In this document: piece by piece, positions 62,515 to 64,000 of the stretch
Numbering within the stretch: position 1 is the stretch's first letter
Layout: the number at the start of each line of letters is the position of its first letter
NCBI GenBank assembly: GCA_035626775.1
Contig: DASPNA010000155.1
Span: forward strand, 63 to 64,062
Source of the DNA: Thermoanaerobaculia bacterium
Lineage (GTDB): Bacteria > Acidobacteriota > Thermoanaerobaculia > Gp7-AA8
DNA: 64,000 nt
Direction: 5' to 3'
Notes under the pieces: generated by a model
Told to the model about the DNA's origin: nothing
Seen by the model: the letters and a program-made list of their open reading frames with translations, nothing else
The model's database searches: none
Position numbers and translations under genes: made by a program

Positions 62515-64000
62515 CGATCTCTTACGAATACGGCGACTCGCTATGGCCGGACAAATTGACGGCCACATCCCGAGCCAGCATGGTGTCGCCTGGAAATACA
62601 GCCCGCTCGGAGCTGACCTATCACGCCACGACGGGCGCGGTGGCCGCATCGACCGAACGCGGCTGGTCCGGGACGCCGCCGGCGTACGCCAGCCGGCTCT
62701 CGCAGACCTCGCTCTATGACGCCGCGGGCGGAACGGCACCGGCCTTCGATCCGGGCGGACCGTTCCAGAGCGCGTGGCTCTCGCTGCCGCAGCCGTCCGG
62801 CGTGATGAGATCCGTCGACGGTCCCCGCACCGACGTCACCGACGTCACGTCGTTCGTCTATTACCCGCTCGATCCGTCGGTTCCGGCATTGCTCCGCGGC
62901 CGTCTCGCGGCGGTCAGGAACGCCGCCGGGCACATCACGCGTCATGAGCATTACGACGTGTTCGGGAACAGCACGCGCACGGTCGATCCGAACGGTGTGG
63001 CCATGGAGATGTCGTATGACGGCCTCGGCAGACTGCTCACTTCCACGACCAAGGCGGTCAGCGGCTGCAATCCGTCGGACGATCCTCTTTGTGCAACCGA
63101 CGTCACGACCACGCTCGGTTACGCGTCGGCAGCCGGTCCTGTGCAGTCCGAAGAGCGGCCGAACGGCGGAGTGACGGTTTATGGATACGACAGCCGCGGA
63201 CGCGTGTCCGCGGTCTCGCGCGGTCCGGCGGCCAACGATCTGCGGGAGCGCATCGAAACGACGTACGACCCGCTCACCGGCAAAAAGAATCTCGAGCGCA
63301 CCCTCGCATACGAGGCCTCGGCATGGGTCGAGAAGCGCCGGCAGTCCTTTGCATACGACAGCCATGCGCGACTGCAGACCGTCACGCATGCGGACAACAC
63401 GGCTGTGCATTACGGCTACGACACCAGTGATCGCATCGCCTCGGTGCGCGACGAGAACCATGCCGCTCCCAATACGACCTACGCCTACGATCCCGGCGGG
63501 CGCCTCGCTTCCGTGGCCCAGACTCTTGCAGGAGCAGCCGGCGGCGGCATCACCACCAGCTACGGCTACGACCCGATCGGCAACCTCGTCTCCGTCACCG
63601 ATCCCAACGGCAACGTCACCACCTACGTGTATGACGACTTCGGACAGATGGCCTCGCAGCAAAGTCCTGTGACCGGTGCGACCACCTACGCGTACGATAG
63701 TGCCGGGAATCTGACCCAGATGACCGATGCCAGAGGGGCAACGACCACGCGGCTGTACGACGCGCTCAACCGCGTCACCAGCGCCACCTCCACGCTCGGC
63801 GCGAGCTCGGAATCGGTGACCTGGTCGTACGACGATCCTGCGTCCGGTCGCTTTGCCATCGGCCGTCTCTCTTCGATGACCGATCCGTCCGGCTCGACCG
63901 CCTATCACTACGAACGGCGCGGTTTGTTGCGAAAGGAAGCGCGCGTCCTCACCGGTGCGCAATACACCTACGACACCGCTTATGAGTACGACGGCGATGG
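62439..64000 (+). CDS. RHS/YD-repeat protein, continuation in a different frame (partial, runs off the window)
   Basis: This frame reads TDAQRCRMDTDALAAAALETTSASLTISYEYGD..., then YGYDSRGRVSAV, YAYDPGGRLASV, YGYDPIGNLVSVTDPNGNVTTYVYDDFGQM, YAYDSAGNLTQMTDARG, and YHYERRGLL, and runs on to the end of the window. I saw no stop when translating by eye. Confidence 0.8.

Noticed and set aside
62541-63962. 473-aa minus-strand ORF at the right end
   Set aside because: It is antisense to clear YD-repeat coding sequence on the plus strand and has no motifs.

Overview
High-GC bacterial chromosomal window; I saw no rRNA, tRNA, CRISPR array or transposase. From left to right:

- (1) A small RBS-preceded ORF and a secreted S9 serine peptidase on the minus strand.
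- (2) 3.3-10.3 kb, plus strand: a complete histidine operon, hisZ-G-D-C-B-H-(hisA~hisF as one ORF)-hisIE. The genes are chained by ATGA/TGATG overlaps. The operon is preceded by a 17-codon His-rich leader ORF with alternative hairpins and a terminator, which looks like an attenuator.
- (3) 10.3-53.6 kb, minus strand: three translationally coupled megasynthase genes (6307, 2659 and 5465 aa). Together they form a colinear 11-module hybrid NRPS-PKS line with a starter C domain (lipoinitiation), 10 A domains, 6 E domains, one internal KS-AT-KR-ACP module and a terminal TE.
- (4) Upstream of these, in the same orientation: a SyrD/PvdE-type cyclic-peptide ABC exporter and a tight cassette of patatin-like phospholipase, cytoplasmic S8 subtilase and MBL-fold hydrolase.
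- (5) Divergently transcribed: a signal-peptide RHS/YD-repeat protein with four N-terminal Cys-containing repeats and a frameshift. It runs off the window.

The most unusual property is at least six families of short GC-rich palindromic (double-hairpin) repeats at about 40 loci. Most lie in frame inside coding sequences: hisZ, hisC, the hisIE C-terminus, the S8 peptidase and 34 loci in the megasynthases. They sit in loops and inter-domain linkers. One composite element occupies the same loop of 8 of the 10 adenylation domains and is tandemly amplified in two of them. All domain boundaries and specificity codes were derived by eye and need software confirmation.
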